Positions 1 through 10,006 of a stretch of DNA of 64,000 nucleotides are shown one piece after another. Below the pieces are notes generated by a model, which saw nothing but the letters and a program-made list of their open reading frames with translations, was not told the DNA's origin and did no database searches. The stretch's first letter is position 1; every line of letters begins with the position of its first letter. The position numbers and the translations under genes were made by a program. Source of the DNA: Candidatus Latescibacterota bacterium. GTDB lineage: Bacteria > Latescibacterota > UBA2968. Location of the stretch: positions 2,304,001-2,368,000 of the forward strand of contig OZ220741.1 in assembly GCA_965116885.1 (NCBI GenBank), read 5' to 3'.

Positions 1-243
1 ACGCGCGTTATCTCTTGCCGGGGTGGATCCAAGCCCGATTACGACAGGGGTTAAACCCGCTTGTTCGCACAGGGTCTTTGTGCGATGTACGAGCGGACCA
101 TCGGGATCAAAACCGAGCGTATCTTCGCCTTCGTGCGACCAGCCCAGACCCACATAGGAATATCCCGCGCGGGCAACGCCTTCAATTCCTCTTTCGAGGG
201 AGAATTTTGAATAAGGAAGTGTGAGACAGACGAGTTTGGCCAA
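1..243 (-). CDS. Sugar phosphate isomerase/epimerase family (xylose-isomerase-like TIM barrel), 3'-truncated by window edge
   Basis: Not in ORF track. Manual translation from TTG at 243 (GGAGG upstream at 250-254) gives MAKLVCLTLPYSKFSLERGIEGVARAGYSYVGL..., a typical N-terminus for this family; frame stays open to position 1. Confidence 0.65.
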   Translation of the reverse strand, partial: MAKLVCLTLPYSKFSLERGIEGVARAGYSYVGLGWSHEGEDTLGFDPDGPLVHRTKTLCEQAGLTPVVIGLGSTPARDNAR

Positions 244-261
244 AAGAGACCTCCACAGGTG

Positions 262-804
262 TTAGTCGTTTTTTCGCGTTATAAATAGTGCGAGAAATCC
301 GGGTAAAAAGGCGATGGTCCAGGAAAGCAACTTATAGACATAATGAGGCCCGCCGAGCGCGTGACGGGTCCATATACCTAAAATCAAGAAGGCGAGACCA
401 GAAGCCGCGGCGGCGAGGATACCCCGGAGCAATGTGCGTTTCAGGCTTTCGGAGATGGTGTTCACCCACCAGTGGAGCAGGGCTGCGAGGATCCACAGTT
501 CCATCCACGCGACGACTATTGCATTAGCGCGAATGAACGGGCGCAAGAGGTAATATCCACCAGCGGATAATATGCCAAGGACGAGGCCACCGAGTGCGCC
601 CAGCAAGATCGTTTGTGTCGTTTTGCCGCTGTAGCCGAGGACAGCACCCAGACAGAGGCACAAGAGTGCGCCGTGAAGGATGCCGGCGAACATGCGGTGT
701 TTGATCCCGTGGTGCGCCCACAAGAAATCGCCCAGTGTGCTGAGTGCGGCGAGTATGATCGCGGCGACGAGTGCGCGTAATATTCCGTTGAATTGAATAG
801 TCAT
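262..804 (-). CDS. Hypothetical integral membrane protein
   Basis: 180 aa with several hydrophobic segments; co-oriented with neighbours; GGAGG upstream. Confidence 0.75.
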   Translation of the reverse strand: MTIQFNGILRALVAAIILAALSTLGDFLWAHHGIKHRMFAGILHGALLCLCLGAVLGYSGKTTQTILLGALGGLVLGILSAGGYYLLRPFIRANAIVVAWMELWILAALLHWWVNTISESLKRTLLRGILAAAASGLAFLILGIWTRHALGGPHYVYKLLSWTIAFLPGFLALFITRKND

Positions 805-820
805 GAGATCCTCCAGAGAT

Positions 821-2212
821 TTATTCCCGATACGCGGGATTGGGCGTGGGTATCACAGCGCCAGCATCTGTCAGGAATTGGTCGATAAGGTCATTCAATT
901 CAGATACGCGGTCGGGATATTCGTCTGTCAGATTATTTGTCTCGCCAATGTCTTCCGCCAAATTGTAGAGTTCTACGCGGTCGGTCTGGTCGTCGTTGTC
1001 GCAATAGAATCGGATGAGTTTCCAATCGCCTTTGCGAACATAAGTCGATGGCAGGCCATCTGCTGCCGGCGTATAGTGCGGAAAGTGACAGAAGATGGTG
1101 TCCCGATCAAGGATTTCGCCGCGGAGTGCGGGTGCAAAACTGATGCCGTCAACCGATTTGGGGGCGTCGAGGCCGCAGAGTTCGGTCAGGGTGGGGAAGA
1201 AATCGATGCTCTGTACGATTGCCTGGTCGTTGCGGGTACCCGCTTCAATATGATTGGGCCACGCGACAATCAGTGGTTCGCGGGTGCCGCCTTCGTAGGT
1301 ATTTGCCTTTCCGCCTCTTAAGGGCGCGTTGCTCGTGATGGGCACATCGACATAATCGGGATGGACGTGTTCTTTCGCGCTCCAGTGTACTCCGCCATTG
1401 TCCGAAAAGAAGATCACGATGGTATTGTCTAAAATCCCCTCTTCTTCAAGTGTTCCCATTAATTGCCCTACCGCGTCGTCCATTGTTTCAACCATGGCTG
1501 CGTAAACGGGATTGTGCTGGGGGTCTTCGATATCGACTTTTTGCGCGTATTTTTCTATTACATCCTGTTTGGCGTGCCATGGAGAATGTACGGAAAATTG
1601 CCAGAATTGGAGATAAAAAGGTGTGTCTTTGTTTTCTCGAATAAATTCAATGGCTTCCAGCGCCATGCGATCTTCCAGGTGTTCACCCGGTTCGCCCTTG
1701 TTGGGATAGACTTTCCACGGCGCAAACCAGCCATCGGCCAATGGGCTGGGGGCAGGTGTGTGTGGGATGTCGATGTCGAATCCATGCTCAAACGGGCTAT
1801 AAGGCTCTGCGCCCAGGTGCCATTTCCCAATGTGCGCGGTTTTGTATCCGGCATCGCGAAATACCGATGATAGAGTTTGGTATTCCGTGCTCAAGCGGGT
1901 GACGCTTTGTGCGATCAGGGCTTTGTTATGGGGCGGTCCTTTTTCGTTTAAAGAGGATTCGAGTACAATGCGGTCCAGATGGCATCCCGGCGTTGTAATG
2001 CCGACGCGGGCGGGCCACAAGCCCGTCATGATGCTCGCGCGAGTGGGCGAACACAGCGGGTTGGCGGCGTACGCATTGGTAAACATCATGCCGCCCTCGG
2101 CAAGGGCGTCGATGTTTGGGGTTTTGCAAAATGCGCTGCCGTATAACGATGTATCGCGCCAGCCCAGGTCGTCTGCGAGAATGAATAATACATTTGGTTT
2201 TTTGTTAGGCAT
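821..2212 (-). CDS. Sulfatase (formylglycine-dependent, S1 type)
   Basis: KPNVLFILADDLG, CSPTR signature, GKWHLG, SDNGG, YEGG motifs; no obvious signal peptide. Confidence 0.95.
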   Translation of the reverse strand: MPNKKPNVLFILADDLGWRDTSLYGSAFCKTPNIDALAEGGMMFTNAYAANPLCSPTRASIMTGLWPARVGITTPGCHLDRIVLESSLNEKGPPHNKALIAQSVTRLSTEYQTLSSVFRDAGYKTAHIGKWHLGAEPYSPFEHGFDIDIPHTPAPSPLADGWFAPWKVYPNKGEPGEHLEDRMALEAIEFIRENKDTPFYLQFWQFSVHSPWHAKQDVIEKYAQKVDIEDPQHNPVYAAMVETMDDAVGQLMGTLEEEGILDNTIVIFFSDNGGVHWSAKEHVHPDYVDVPITSNAPLRGGKANTYEGGTREPLIVAWPNHIEAGTRNDQAIVQSIDFFPTLTELCGLDAPKSVDGISFAPALRGEILDRDTIFCHFPHYTPAADGLPSTYVRKGDWKLIRFYCDNDDQTDRVELYNLAEDIGETNNLTDEYPDRVSELNDLIDQFLTDAGAVIPTPNPAYRE

Positions 2213-2226
2213 AAGATCCCTCTATT

Positions 2227-3372
2227 TCAGACTTTATCAATTCCTTCTTGGGTTTCGGCGATCAGCAGATCGACAACGTCGCGCAATGCCTCTATTTCAG
2301 TGGCACCCTCCAGGAGGCGGATGCGAAAATGGTCAACCTGTCGATCCGCGCTGCTGCCGTCGCGGATGATTTCGGATACGCGGTGCAACTCTTTTTCGCA
2401 GCCGAGTGCGCGGGCGTCTTCGGCTAATTGTTCAATTAATCCGCGTGCGTAGTCGTCGATGTCCATGCGCCCGCCGTCGTGTGTATCACCCAGGAATGCA
2501 AATACCCCGTAGCGCTGTGCAAGCCAGCGATTCTCGGCGATGATCTCGGTGCGCGGCTCAGGGGGCAGGGTATCTGCCCGCGCCTGCCGCAGCAGCATCC
2601 GGATGAGGGATGCGTAGAGTGCGACTATGCATACTGCGTCTTCAACGCGCGAACAGGTGTCACAGATGCGTATTTCCACTGTTGGATAAGCGTTGCCGGG
2701 ACGGATGTCCCACCAGAGTTCGCTGCCGTCTCCGATGAAGTTCAGGCGCTGGTAGTCCTTTACGAGTTGCTCGTATTCGGCTTGAGAGTGCAGGGGACCG
2801 GGAAGGCCAGTGCGCGGGAGGGCACTGAACAGGTTCAGGCGATAGGACTTGAATCCTGTGAGGTGCCCACCGCTGAACGGCGATGAGGTGGAGAGTGCAT
2901 GGAGCAGGGGCAGGTACCGGCGAAGTGCGGTCATGACGCGGATGCGTTCATCAGAATTACCGAAGCTGGCGTGGATGTGCATGCCCCCGATGAGCAGCCG
3001 CCGCACGGATTCCTGGTATGTGACTTCAAATTCCTCATAGCGCTTTTGTGGTGTGGGCGTCTGTGCTGACCACGACGCGAAGGGATGGGTGGAGGCAGCC
3101 ATCAATGCGGCACCGTACTGTGCAGCGGTCTCAATGACTATCCGGCGGGTTTCCATCAGTGACGTGCGGACTTCGGCTATTGATGTGCAGACGTGGGTGT
3201 TGGTCTCTATTTGGGAGCGCAGAAATTCTGTCACGACCTTGTGCGGTCCGCTGTTCTGTTCGCAAACGGTGAGGATGCCCGGGTCGGGATCGGCAACGAG
3301 GTCGCGAGTTTTGGGGTCAACGAGAAAGAATTCTTCTTCGACGCCGAGGGTGATTTTGAGGTCTTTGTCCAT
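2227..3372 (-). CDS. ybdK: Carboxylate-amine ligase, YbdK/GCS2 family (glutamate--cysteine ligase 2)
   Basis: TLGVEEEFFLVD, GMHIH, SSPF, LWWDIRP, TVEIRICD, ENRWLAQRYG motifs. Confidence 0.9.
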   Translation of the reverse strand: MDKDLKITLGVEEEFFLVDPKTRDLVADPDPGILTVCEQNSGPHKVVTEFLRSQIETNTHVCTSIAEVRTSLMETRRIVIETAAQYGAALMAASTHPFASWSAQTPTPQKRYEEFEVTYQESVRRLLIGGMHIHASFGNSDERIRVMTALRRYLPLLHALSTSSPFSGGHLTGFKSYRLNLFSALPRTGLPGPLHSQAEYEQLVKDYQRLNFIGDGSELWWDIRPGNAYPTVEIRICDTCSRVEDAVCIVALYASLIRMLLRQARADTLPPEPRTEIIAENRWLAQRYGVFAFLGDTHDGGRMDIDDYARGLIEQLAEDARALGCEKELHRVSEIIRDGSSADRQVDHFRIRLLEGATEIEALRDVVDLLIAETQEGIDKV

Positions 3373-3383
3373 ATTGGGCCTTT

Positions 3384-4079
3384 TTATGCAATTGATTCGG
3401 CCAATTCTGTAAAATTAGCGACTGTTATATCTGTGCGATATGGGGAGTCTTCATAGGGCAGGTTATAGCGGTTTACATAAGCACCTCGCAGACCGCACGC
3501 ACGGGCACCTACCACGTCAAATGAGTTGGCCGATACCATCATGCATTCGCCTACTTCCAGTCCCAGGATTTGCGCGGCGCGGCGATAGACGGCGGGATGC
3601 GGCTTGAATGCGCCCATTGTGGTTACGGAGATGACGGCGTCAAAATCCCATTGAATCCGGTTTTTCGCCAGGTGATCGAGAAAGGCGGGATCGCCGTTGG
3701 ATAGGCCGACGAGTTTGTAACGTGCAGCCAGTTTTTCCAGCCCTGCTCTGACTTCGGGAAAGGGGGACAGTTCTTGCCAGCAGGTGAGAAATGTCTGTAC
3801 TTCCTTTTTTGACATTTCAATTTTATTCAGGGCGAGTACATATACAAACGCCCGCCGCACTGTTTCCAGGTAGCCTCCGTGTCCGAGCATCATGATTGTG
3901 TCCTGAAATTGCTCCAGGCGCTGACGATAACGCCATTGCTGCCAGAACTGTTCTGCTGTGGTGTCGGCTCCTTTCTCTCGCAACATGTCGGCGATAAATG
4001 GGGTCAAACTTCCACCCAGATCCAAAATCGTGCCAAATAGGTCAAATGTCAATGCCTGTACTTGTTCAAATTTTGCCAT
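3384..4079 (-). CDS. Haloacid dehalogenase, type II (HAD superfamily)
   Basis: FDLFGT motif I, LSNG, FKPHPAVY, VSAN.FDV.GA; start moved to ATG 4079 (GGAGG RBS). Confidence 0.85.
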   Translation of the reverse strand: MAKFEQVQALTFDLFGTILDLGGSLTPFIADMLREKGADTTAEQFWQQWRYRQRLEQFQDTIMMLGHGGYLETVRRAFVYVLALNKIEMSKKEVQTFLTCWQELSPFPEVRAGLEKLAARYKLVGLSNGDPAFLDHLAKNRIQWDFDAVISVTTMGAFKPHPAVYRRAAQILGLEVGECMMVSANSFDVVGARACGLRGAYVNRYNLPYEDSPYRTDITVANFTELAESIA

Positions 4080-4090
4080 TGAGGCCTCCG

Positions 4091-5095
4091 TCAACTATAT
4101 CCCTGTACTTCTACTTTTTCACCTGTGCGCGCAGATTCATGGGCGGCGAGGGAAATCGCAATGGTGCGCCGACCGTCCAGGCCGTTGGACTGCGGTTGTT
4201 CGCCTGTTCGGATACAGTTTAAAAAATAGGTCATTTCTTCCAGCAGACCATTGTTCCGCTCATAAGTCAGGTGTTCGGGTTTTTCGCCTATTCGGTTGAG
4301 TGTGAGTTGCGCGCCTGTTCCACTGGTAATTTTTACTGAGCCTTCGGTGCCAGCCACGCCCAGTTCATAGCTTCCACCCGGATAAATTCGGCTGCTGCTC
4401 AAGGATCCGATTGCGCCTGAACTGAATTCCAGATTGATAAAGATACTTTCCTCTACGGTGTTATCCGACGCATCGTCGGATCGCATCACAGCCTGGACAG
4501 CGCGCACTTCGCCAGCCATCCAGGTGAGTTGATCCAGTTCGTGGCTGTGCATTGAAAAAAGCCCGCCGTATCTCTCCCGATCCAATTGCCATCCCGCCAC
4601 GCCTCCAGGTGCTCCTGTGCCCAATCGCACGGTATGCGCCATGCGCACCTCGCCAATTCGTCCTTTATCGATTAATTGTTTCATTTCGCGGTAGGCATTT
4701 TGAAATCGCCGCACATATCCGATCATTAAAAAGACACCGGCTTGATCAGCCGCTTCAATCATTGCGTCGCAATCTTCAACTGTGAGTGCCATTGGTTTTT
4801 CGCAGAAGACATGCGCGCCTGCTGTGGCGGCATCAACTGTAATGGGGCTGTGTACAAAATTGGGTGTTACGACGAGTACGGCGTCTGGGGATTGCGCCGA
4901 TAGCATGGTTTGGTGATCGTCGTAAACCGCTGGTTGGGACGCGAGTTTGCCGGATAGAGCCTCTGCCGAATCCCGTTCATGATCGCAAACTGCCACCAGT
5001 TCTGCGCCTTCTATGCTCTCTACGTTGGCGGCGTGACGCGATCCCAATCCCCCACAGCCGACGAGTCCTATTTTGAGTGTTTGATCTGACGCCAT
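4091..5095 (-). CDS. Gfo/Idh/MocA family oxidoreductase
   Basis: GLVGCGG Rossmann motif, CEKPMA, GYVRRF. Confidence 0.92.
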   Translation of the reverse strand: MASDQTLKIGLVGCGGLGSRHAANVESIEGAELVAVCDHERDSAEALSGKLASQPAVYDDHQTMLSAQSPDAVLVVTPNFVHSPITVDAATAGAHVFCEKPMALTVEDCDAMIEAADQAGVFLMIGYVRRFQNAYREMKQLIDKGRIGEVRMAHTVRLGTGAPGGVAGWQLDRERYGGLFSMHSHELDQLTWMAGEVRAVQAVMRSDDASDNTVEESIFINLEFSSGAIGSLSSSRIYPGGSYELGVAGTEGSVKITSGTGAQLTLNRIGEKPEHLTYERNNGLLEEMTYFLNCIRTGEQPQSNGLDGRRTIAISLAAHESARTGEKVEVQGYS

Positions 5096-5108
5096 GTGGC
5101 ATCTCCTC

Positions 5109-6122
5109 CTATCTCAGGTGAATGGGCGCGCCCCGATCCCGTGCGGATGCTTCAGCGGCGAAGCAGGCCAGATGGGTGTTGACCGCTACGGATAGATTAT
5201 CGTGGGATTCCACGTCGGTTGTGATACAATCGATGAAGTGGTCGATCATTTCCTGGAAGGGATGGTGTGATACTGCGCCGCTGTCTGGCAATACGGTTGG
5301 AATCTCAGCCAGATCCTGTTGTCCGGGGATTTGTTTTGTATAGAATCGGTTGTTGCGGATTATGCCTTCGTCGCCAAATACTTCCAGATTGAATACATAG
5401 GGCATGAAAAATTCGGTCGATCCGGAAATTTTTCCCGCGGTGCCGCGTTCGAACTGAACCGCGGCTGCGGTTGTTGCGAGATATGTTTCCGGATGGCTGG
5501 AATTGCGAGCAGAGACGCCTGATACCTGAACGATGGGGGCATTGTTCAGCACATATCGCGCTGCGTCCATGGCGTGACAGCCTCCGTGTACAATAGCCCC
5601 GGCGGTCATGGGATTCCACCCGGGTTTTTCAAATTTTTTTGGGCGCTGATGGGTTGGTCCGTGCCAGTAGTCGGCCTGTACGAGAAGTGGCTGTCCGATC
5701 CATCCTTTTTCAATGACTTGTTTGATGGATAGGACCATCGGGTTCCATCGCAGGACAAAGCTCACGACGGTTTTTACCCCGGCTTTTTGAACCGCTGCAT
5801 CCATGGCGTGAAGTTCGTCGGGATTCAGGGCCACTGGTTTTTCGATCAGGATGTGTTTGCCGGCTTCGGCTGCTGCGATGGTTTCTGCAGCGTGTAAATC
5901 CGGGGGTGTACAAATCGATACCAGATCTACGCCTGGATGGGCGAGCATGCGGTCGTAAGAGTCGAATAATTCACAATCTATACCGCAGGCGATGGCCTTT
6001 TTTTTCGCGCTTTCCAACGTGCGACTGCCAATGGCTACCACCCGGGTATGGGGATTATTCTGGTATGCTTTGATATGTTCGGTGGATACATTTCCCGCGC
6101 CCTGAATTGCTACTCCGATCAT
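5109..6122 (-). CDS. Gfo/Idh/MocA family oxidoreductase
   Basis: GAGNVS, IEKPVA, GGCHAMD. Confidence 0.92.
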   Translation of the reverse strand: MIGVAIQGAGNVSTEHIKAYQNNPHTRVVAIGSRTLESAKKKAIACGIDCELFDSYDRMLAHPGVDLVSICTPPDLHAAETIAAAEAGKHILIEKPVALNPDELHAMDAAVQKAGVKTVVSFVLRWNPMVLSIKQVIEKGWIGQPLLVQADYWHGPTHQRPKKFEKPGWNPMTAGAIVHGGCHAMDAARYVLNNAPIVQVSGVSARNSSHPETYLATTAAAVQFERGTAGKISGSTEFFMPYVFNLEVFGDEGIIRNNRFYTKQIPGQQDLAEIPTVLPDSGAVSHHPFQEMIDHFIDCITTDVESHDNLSVAVNTHLACFAAEASARDRGAPIHLR

Positions 6123-6134
6123 TGGGTTTCCTTT

Positions 6135-8099
6135 TTAGTAATTGTGTACATTGTGCCCGCGTGCGGGGAACCACACCCAATCGATGGCGAATACCAGGGC
6201 TGTGCTCAAAGCCTGGGCGACGATCAATCCGATAAAAAAGGGCTTGCCGCGTTCGTAGAGATCCACGCCGCCTATTCTCATGAGCAGCGATTTGATTGCC
6301 CAGACGATCACAATTGAAAAGAAGACCTTTGTGACGCCGTAGTTGCCCTGTATGGCCAGGCCAATGGGGTGCAGGGGCCAATAGGGGAGCCAATAGCGGG
6401 CCATCGTGAATGCGGCCATAGCTGCCGCGCCGATTAAAGCCCATATTGCCAACCCGCCTTTGCCTCCCATTGGAATTGGGTTGCGGATGGCGTTGATCGC
6501 GTAGTTAAATGCGCCCGGCGCGGCGTTTTTGAGTCCCATGTTGCCCAGGTTGTACGCGCCATAAGCGTATCCCAGGTACAGTGTGTTGGCGACGGAAACC
6601 ATATAGCCCAGGATGAGTGATAGCCCGATCATCAGGGCAATTTGTCTGGGTTTTACCACGCGATCTACGGCTTTGACGGATTGTGTCATGGCGGGCATGA
6701 CATAGCCTTTGCCTGCGCTGTTAAATATCCGCATAAACGATAGGATTGTGACACTTTGCCCGTTGATTGTTGGCGTGCCCCAAATTTGCAACACCGCGTC
6801 AAACGGCTGTACCTGATAGTACACGTACACGAGGCCGAGTTCGGCAACTACGCGCGAGAGTCCCAAAAATGTCAACAGGGCAATTGGCAAAAATGTGAGA
6901 ATGACAAATAGTGCCAGGCCCGCGGCGTATAACCAGGTGGCGACAAATAACAGGGAGATGATCAGGCCGATTACAGCCGTGCGATACGATAGCAATTCGC
7001 CGCTGTCATCGACTTCGCAATCTGGTTGCACGGCTTTTCGCCAGACGTCTGTGAGGTGTGCGCGGCCCATCCACAGGCTCCAGATTGCGAGAAAAATGAG
7101 GGCGCCACCGCTTTGCCAACCCAGGGCGGGACTTTGCCACTGGCGGTCTGCCGCGCCGGGTGTGTACCCAAATTTGTTGAATAAAAGGACCTCAAAGCCC
7201 GATAAAAGCACCCATACCCAAACGCTGAACAGCACGTCCAATCGCGCAAAATAACCAAAGCCAATGGCATAAAAACTGACTCGGCGAATTAAAAAAGGAA
7301 AGTCGGGGTAGAATCGAAACTGCCCGCCTTCAAACGGAATGTGCGGAAAAATCGGTGTGAAGTACGATCCGATGTTCCAGACTTTCAGCAGCATCACGAG
7401 TCCAAATGCGATCCAGAACAGCGGCGACGAAAAAACCTGAGATAGCCTGCCCCCTTGTTGGGTCTCGGTCAATAGGGTGCCCACTTCTACGATGGGATAG
7501 GTCAGGCGTTCGTGATCTACCCACTGTCGGCGCAACATGACGACCACACAAAAGACGGCAAATGCGACTGCGCCGAGGAAGCAGGTCCACCAGAAAAGCG
7601 GGGTTATCCACGCGCCGAGTGCGGGGACATGGCCTGCGGGCGTGCCTTCGTAAAACCAGTTCATCGCACCCGTATCATTTTGCGGTGCCAGCCAGGTTGG
7701 GATATTGTGATGGAGATAAAAATTCCATCCATTTTCTGGCGTGGCAAAATAGTACACCCCGGCCAAGACACCGATGAGGTGCCCGGTAACGCCGTCATAA
7801 GGCACAATCGCGGCGACGAGCCCCATCCCCAGAACCACGCGCAATTCCGGTGGTGTGAGCACGAGAGAGGGCAGGGCACGGCGTGCGATGATGTTCAATA
7901 CGGCCAGCGACAAGAATGGAAAGAGCAGTGCCAGGGGAAAATGGCTGCGGCTGATATTGGAGCCGCTCATGTAGTAGGCCATCCACTCGTCCCACAAGAC
8001 GGTTGCGACGATGATCACGATGGCTACAAAAATGGCTCGGGGCGTTACGGCGCGACCGCTTTGTACCTCTGTTGCCCGATATGTCGATGCTTCTGCCAT
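6135..8099 (-). CDS. Polytopic membrane protein, DUF6785/DUF6784-like (putative OPT-like transporter)
   Basis: 654 aa, many TM segments; RRQWVDHERLTYP and YWPLHPIG motifs as I recall them for this family. Confidence 0.7.
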   Translation of the reverse strand: MAEASTYRATEVQSGRAVTPRAIFVAIVIIVATVLWDEWMAYYMSGSNISRSHFPLALLFPFLSLAVLNIIARRALPSLVLTPPELRVVLGMGLVAAIVPYDGVTGHLIGVLAGVYYFATPENGWNFYLHHNIPTWLAPQNDTGAMNWFYEGTPAGHVPALGAWITPLFWWTCFLGAVAFAVFCVVVMLRRQWVDHERLTYPIVEVGTLLTETQQGGRLSQVFSSPLFWIAFGLVMLLKVWNIGSYFTPIFPHIPFEGGQFRFYPDFPFLIRRVSFYAIGFGYFARLDVLFSVWVWVLLSGFEVLLFNKFGYTPGAADRQWQSPALGWQSGGALIFLAIWSLWMGRAHLTDVWRKAVQPDCEVDDSGELLSYRTAVIGLIISLLFVATWLYAAGLALFVILTFLPIALLTFLGLSRVVAELGLVYVYYQVQPFDAVLQIWGTPTINGQSVTILSFMRIFNSAGKGYVMPAMTQSVKAVDRVVKPRQIALMIGLSLILGYMVSVANTLYLGYAYGAYNLGNMGLKNAAPGAFNYAINAIRNPIPMGGKGGLAIWALIGAAAMAAFTMARYWLPYWPLHPIGLAIQGNYGVTKVFFSIVIVWAIKSLLMRIGGVDLYERGKPFFIGLIVAQALSTALVFAIDWVWFPARGHNVHNY

Positions 8100-8100
8100 A

Positions 8101-9996
8101 TTATTTTATATGCCAATCGGGGTCTTCGAGGGCTTCGTACACCACGCCGCCTTCGACCTGCATCGGCATGGGCACGCCGGTGAGATAACAGATTGTGGGA
8201 GCGACATCGATTGAGCGCACTTGTTTTGTGAGCAGGCCAGTCTGCTTAATCCCCGCGCCTGCAATTACAAATGTCGAATGCTGCCCGGCCATGCCAAAGC
8301 TCACCGAGGGCAATTGTTTGCCGTGGGCGCCGTCAAATTCGGGATGCAGGGCATAGACCACATCGCCGACCAGATCGCTCCACAAGTTGACCATTTCGGC
8401 ATTTTCGCGGCTCAGAGCCAGCGCGAAGGGGTGGCGCCCGGTGGTTTCGTCTTTGTATTCCATCAGTGCGGCGATTAGCTCTCGGCGCACGGTTTCGTAA
8501 TCGTCCTGGGAAACGATTCCGTCGGGTTCGCGTCCTTCCAGGTTGATGAAAATATGCACCAATCCCACATCGCAGGCACGCGTTTTGCTCCAGTCGATTT
8601 GCCCATTTTCGTGGTATTTCACAAATCCCGTTTCTGTGAGGACTTTGCGGATGTTGACCGCGGGAAATTGATTGGATGTGCCGCCGTGATCGGCTACCAC
8701 TGCGACGACGGTATCGTCATCGGCGATATCGTCAACGATGCGCCCGATCATGCGATCGATTGACTGATAGGTGCGGAAGACGCCTTCGCGCGATCGTTCG
8801 AGGACCGATTGCTCGGCACCGCTCGTGGGATCGGCTTGTCCCAGGAAGAAGTGGCTCGTATAATCCGACGCGTGCGTTTCAATCATCAGCAGATCCCAGG
8901 GCCGAGATCCCGTCAGGTACTGCGCCACATCGGCCAGTCGCTGGTGGTGGAATTCCAGCAGTTCAAAATACGTGTCGTCGTCAATTACGCCCAGGGCATC
9001 GCGGCCGGGGTTTTGCAAGAAATTGCCGACGTTTTCGTCGATTTCCCGCGCGATTGACGCCGGTTTGGTATATCCGTCGGGAGGCCAGATTTGCGGTACG
9101 AATAGCTCGAACATATCGGCATTTTCGGTCAGTGCGATCAATTTCATCTGTACGTGGCCGCTTACCTCTTCGCCGTCTATTTCAAATGTGTCGAGCCACC
9201 AATCGCTCCATTCGCCCACGCCGAGGTCACACATTTTTGAATCCCCGTCCCGCGTGCGACAGACGGATATGCGATCGTATCCCTTTGCGGTGGTCGCGTA
9301 GATCAAACCGTAAAATGGTTTGGGCGTGCCCTGCTTTCCCCGGTTCATGGGTGCGCGCCCACGCGCCAGGGGCGTGATCACCATTTCGACTTCGAGCGGT
9401 GGCTTTTCGGAATCGGGCAGTGCCGTCCATCCATCTGCCGCTTTGAGGGTGACGGGATCGAATTCCGATACTGTTTGCAGAGCGCTCGGGTCCAGTGTTT
9501 CGGGGTCGCGCTGTACGACCAATCGCCGCGGTGCCCACTTGCCTCCTACAAATAAGTGATAGCCCGCGACCTGATGGTGATTGGATACGCCGGGACCCGT
9601 GCCTTCCACCTGGATCCCGGTCGTGACAGTGGGCGGCCACGACATTTCCCATTTGACCAGAATCGGCGTTTTACCCGCGCGCTCATAAGTATTCCAGATG
9701 TATTCGGATTTGGACAGATCCGTATTGATGCCCCAGACGGTTTGATCCAATCGTTTGCCCAGGGCGCGGATGTTAAAATCCATGACCTCGTGATTGCCCG
9801 GCCATGATCCCGTGGCTATCGCCGTCCATCCCGGCGGCGTGAGGGTGGGAAATACGCCGATCATGGGGCGCCAGGCTCCGCGTTCCATAAGTTTTGCGAT
9901 ATTGGGCATGTGCCCCCAGTCGGCCAGGTTTTTCACAATTTCCATGCTCGCCCCATCCATGCCTATGACAATTGCCTTTTTTGCTGGACTTTCCAT
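8101..9996 (-). CDS. Alkaline-phosphatase superfamily phosphodiesterase / nucleotide pyrophosphatase
   Basis: IGMDGA, PTLTPPGWTAIATG (Thr nucleophile), VADHG, DVAPT; start moved to ATG 9996 behind GAGGAGGAG. Confidence 0.85.
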   Translation of the reverse strand: MESPAKKAIVIGMDGASMEIVKNLADWGHMPNIAKLMERGAWRPMIGVFPTLTPPGWTAIATGSWPGNHEVMDFNIRALGKRLDQTVWGINTDLSKSEYIWNTYERAGKTPILVKWEMSWPPTVTTGIQVEGTGPGVSNHHQVAGYHLFVGGKWAPRRLVVQRDPETLDPSALQTVSEFDPVTLKAADGWTALPDSEKPPLEVEMVITPLARGRAPMNRGKQGTPKPFYGLIYATTAKGYDRISVCRTRDGDSKMCDLGVGEWSDWWLDTFEIDGEEVSGHVQMKLIALTENADMFELFVPQIWPPDGYTKPASIAREIDENVGNFLQNPGRDALGVIDDDTYFELLEFHHQRLADVAQYLTGSRPWDLLMIETHASDYTSHFFLGQADPTSGAEQSVLERSREGVFRTYQSIDRMIGRIVDDIADDDTVVAVVADHGGTSNQFPAVNIRKVLTETGFVKYHENGQIDWSKTRACDVGLVHIFINLEGREPDGIVSQDDYETVRRELIAALMEYKDETTGRHPFALALSRENAEMVNLWSDLVGDVVYALHPEFDGAHGKQLPSVSFGMAGQHSTFVIAGAGIKQTGLLTKQVRSIDVAPTICYLTGVPMPMQVEGGVVYEALEDPDWHIK

Positions 9997-10006
9997 GTAC
10001 TCCTCC

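Noticed and set aside
15..224. Plus-strand 69-aa ORF and most other short track ORFs
   Set aside because: They overlap better-supported genes in other frames and lack RBS or motifs.
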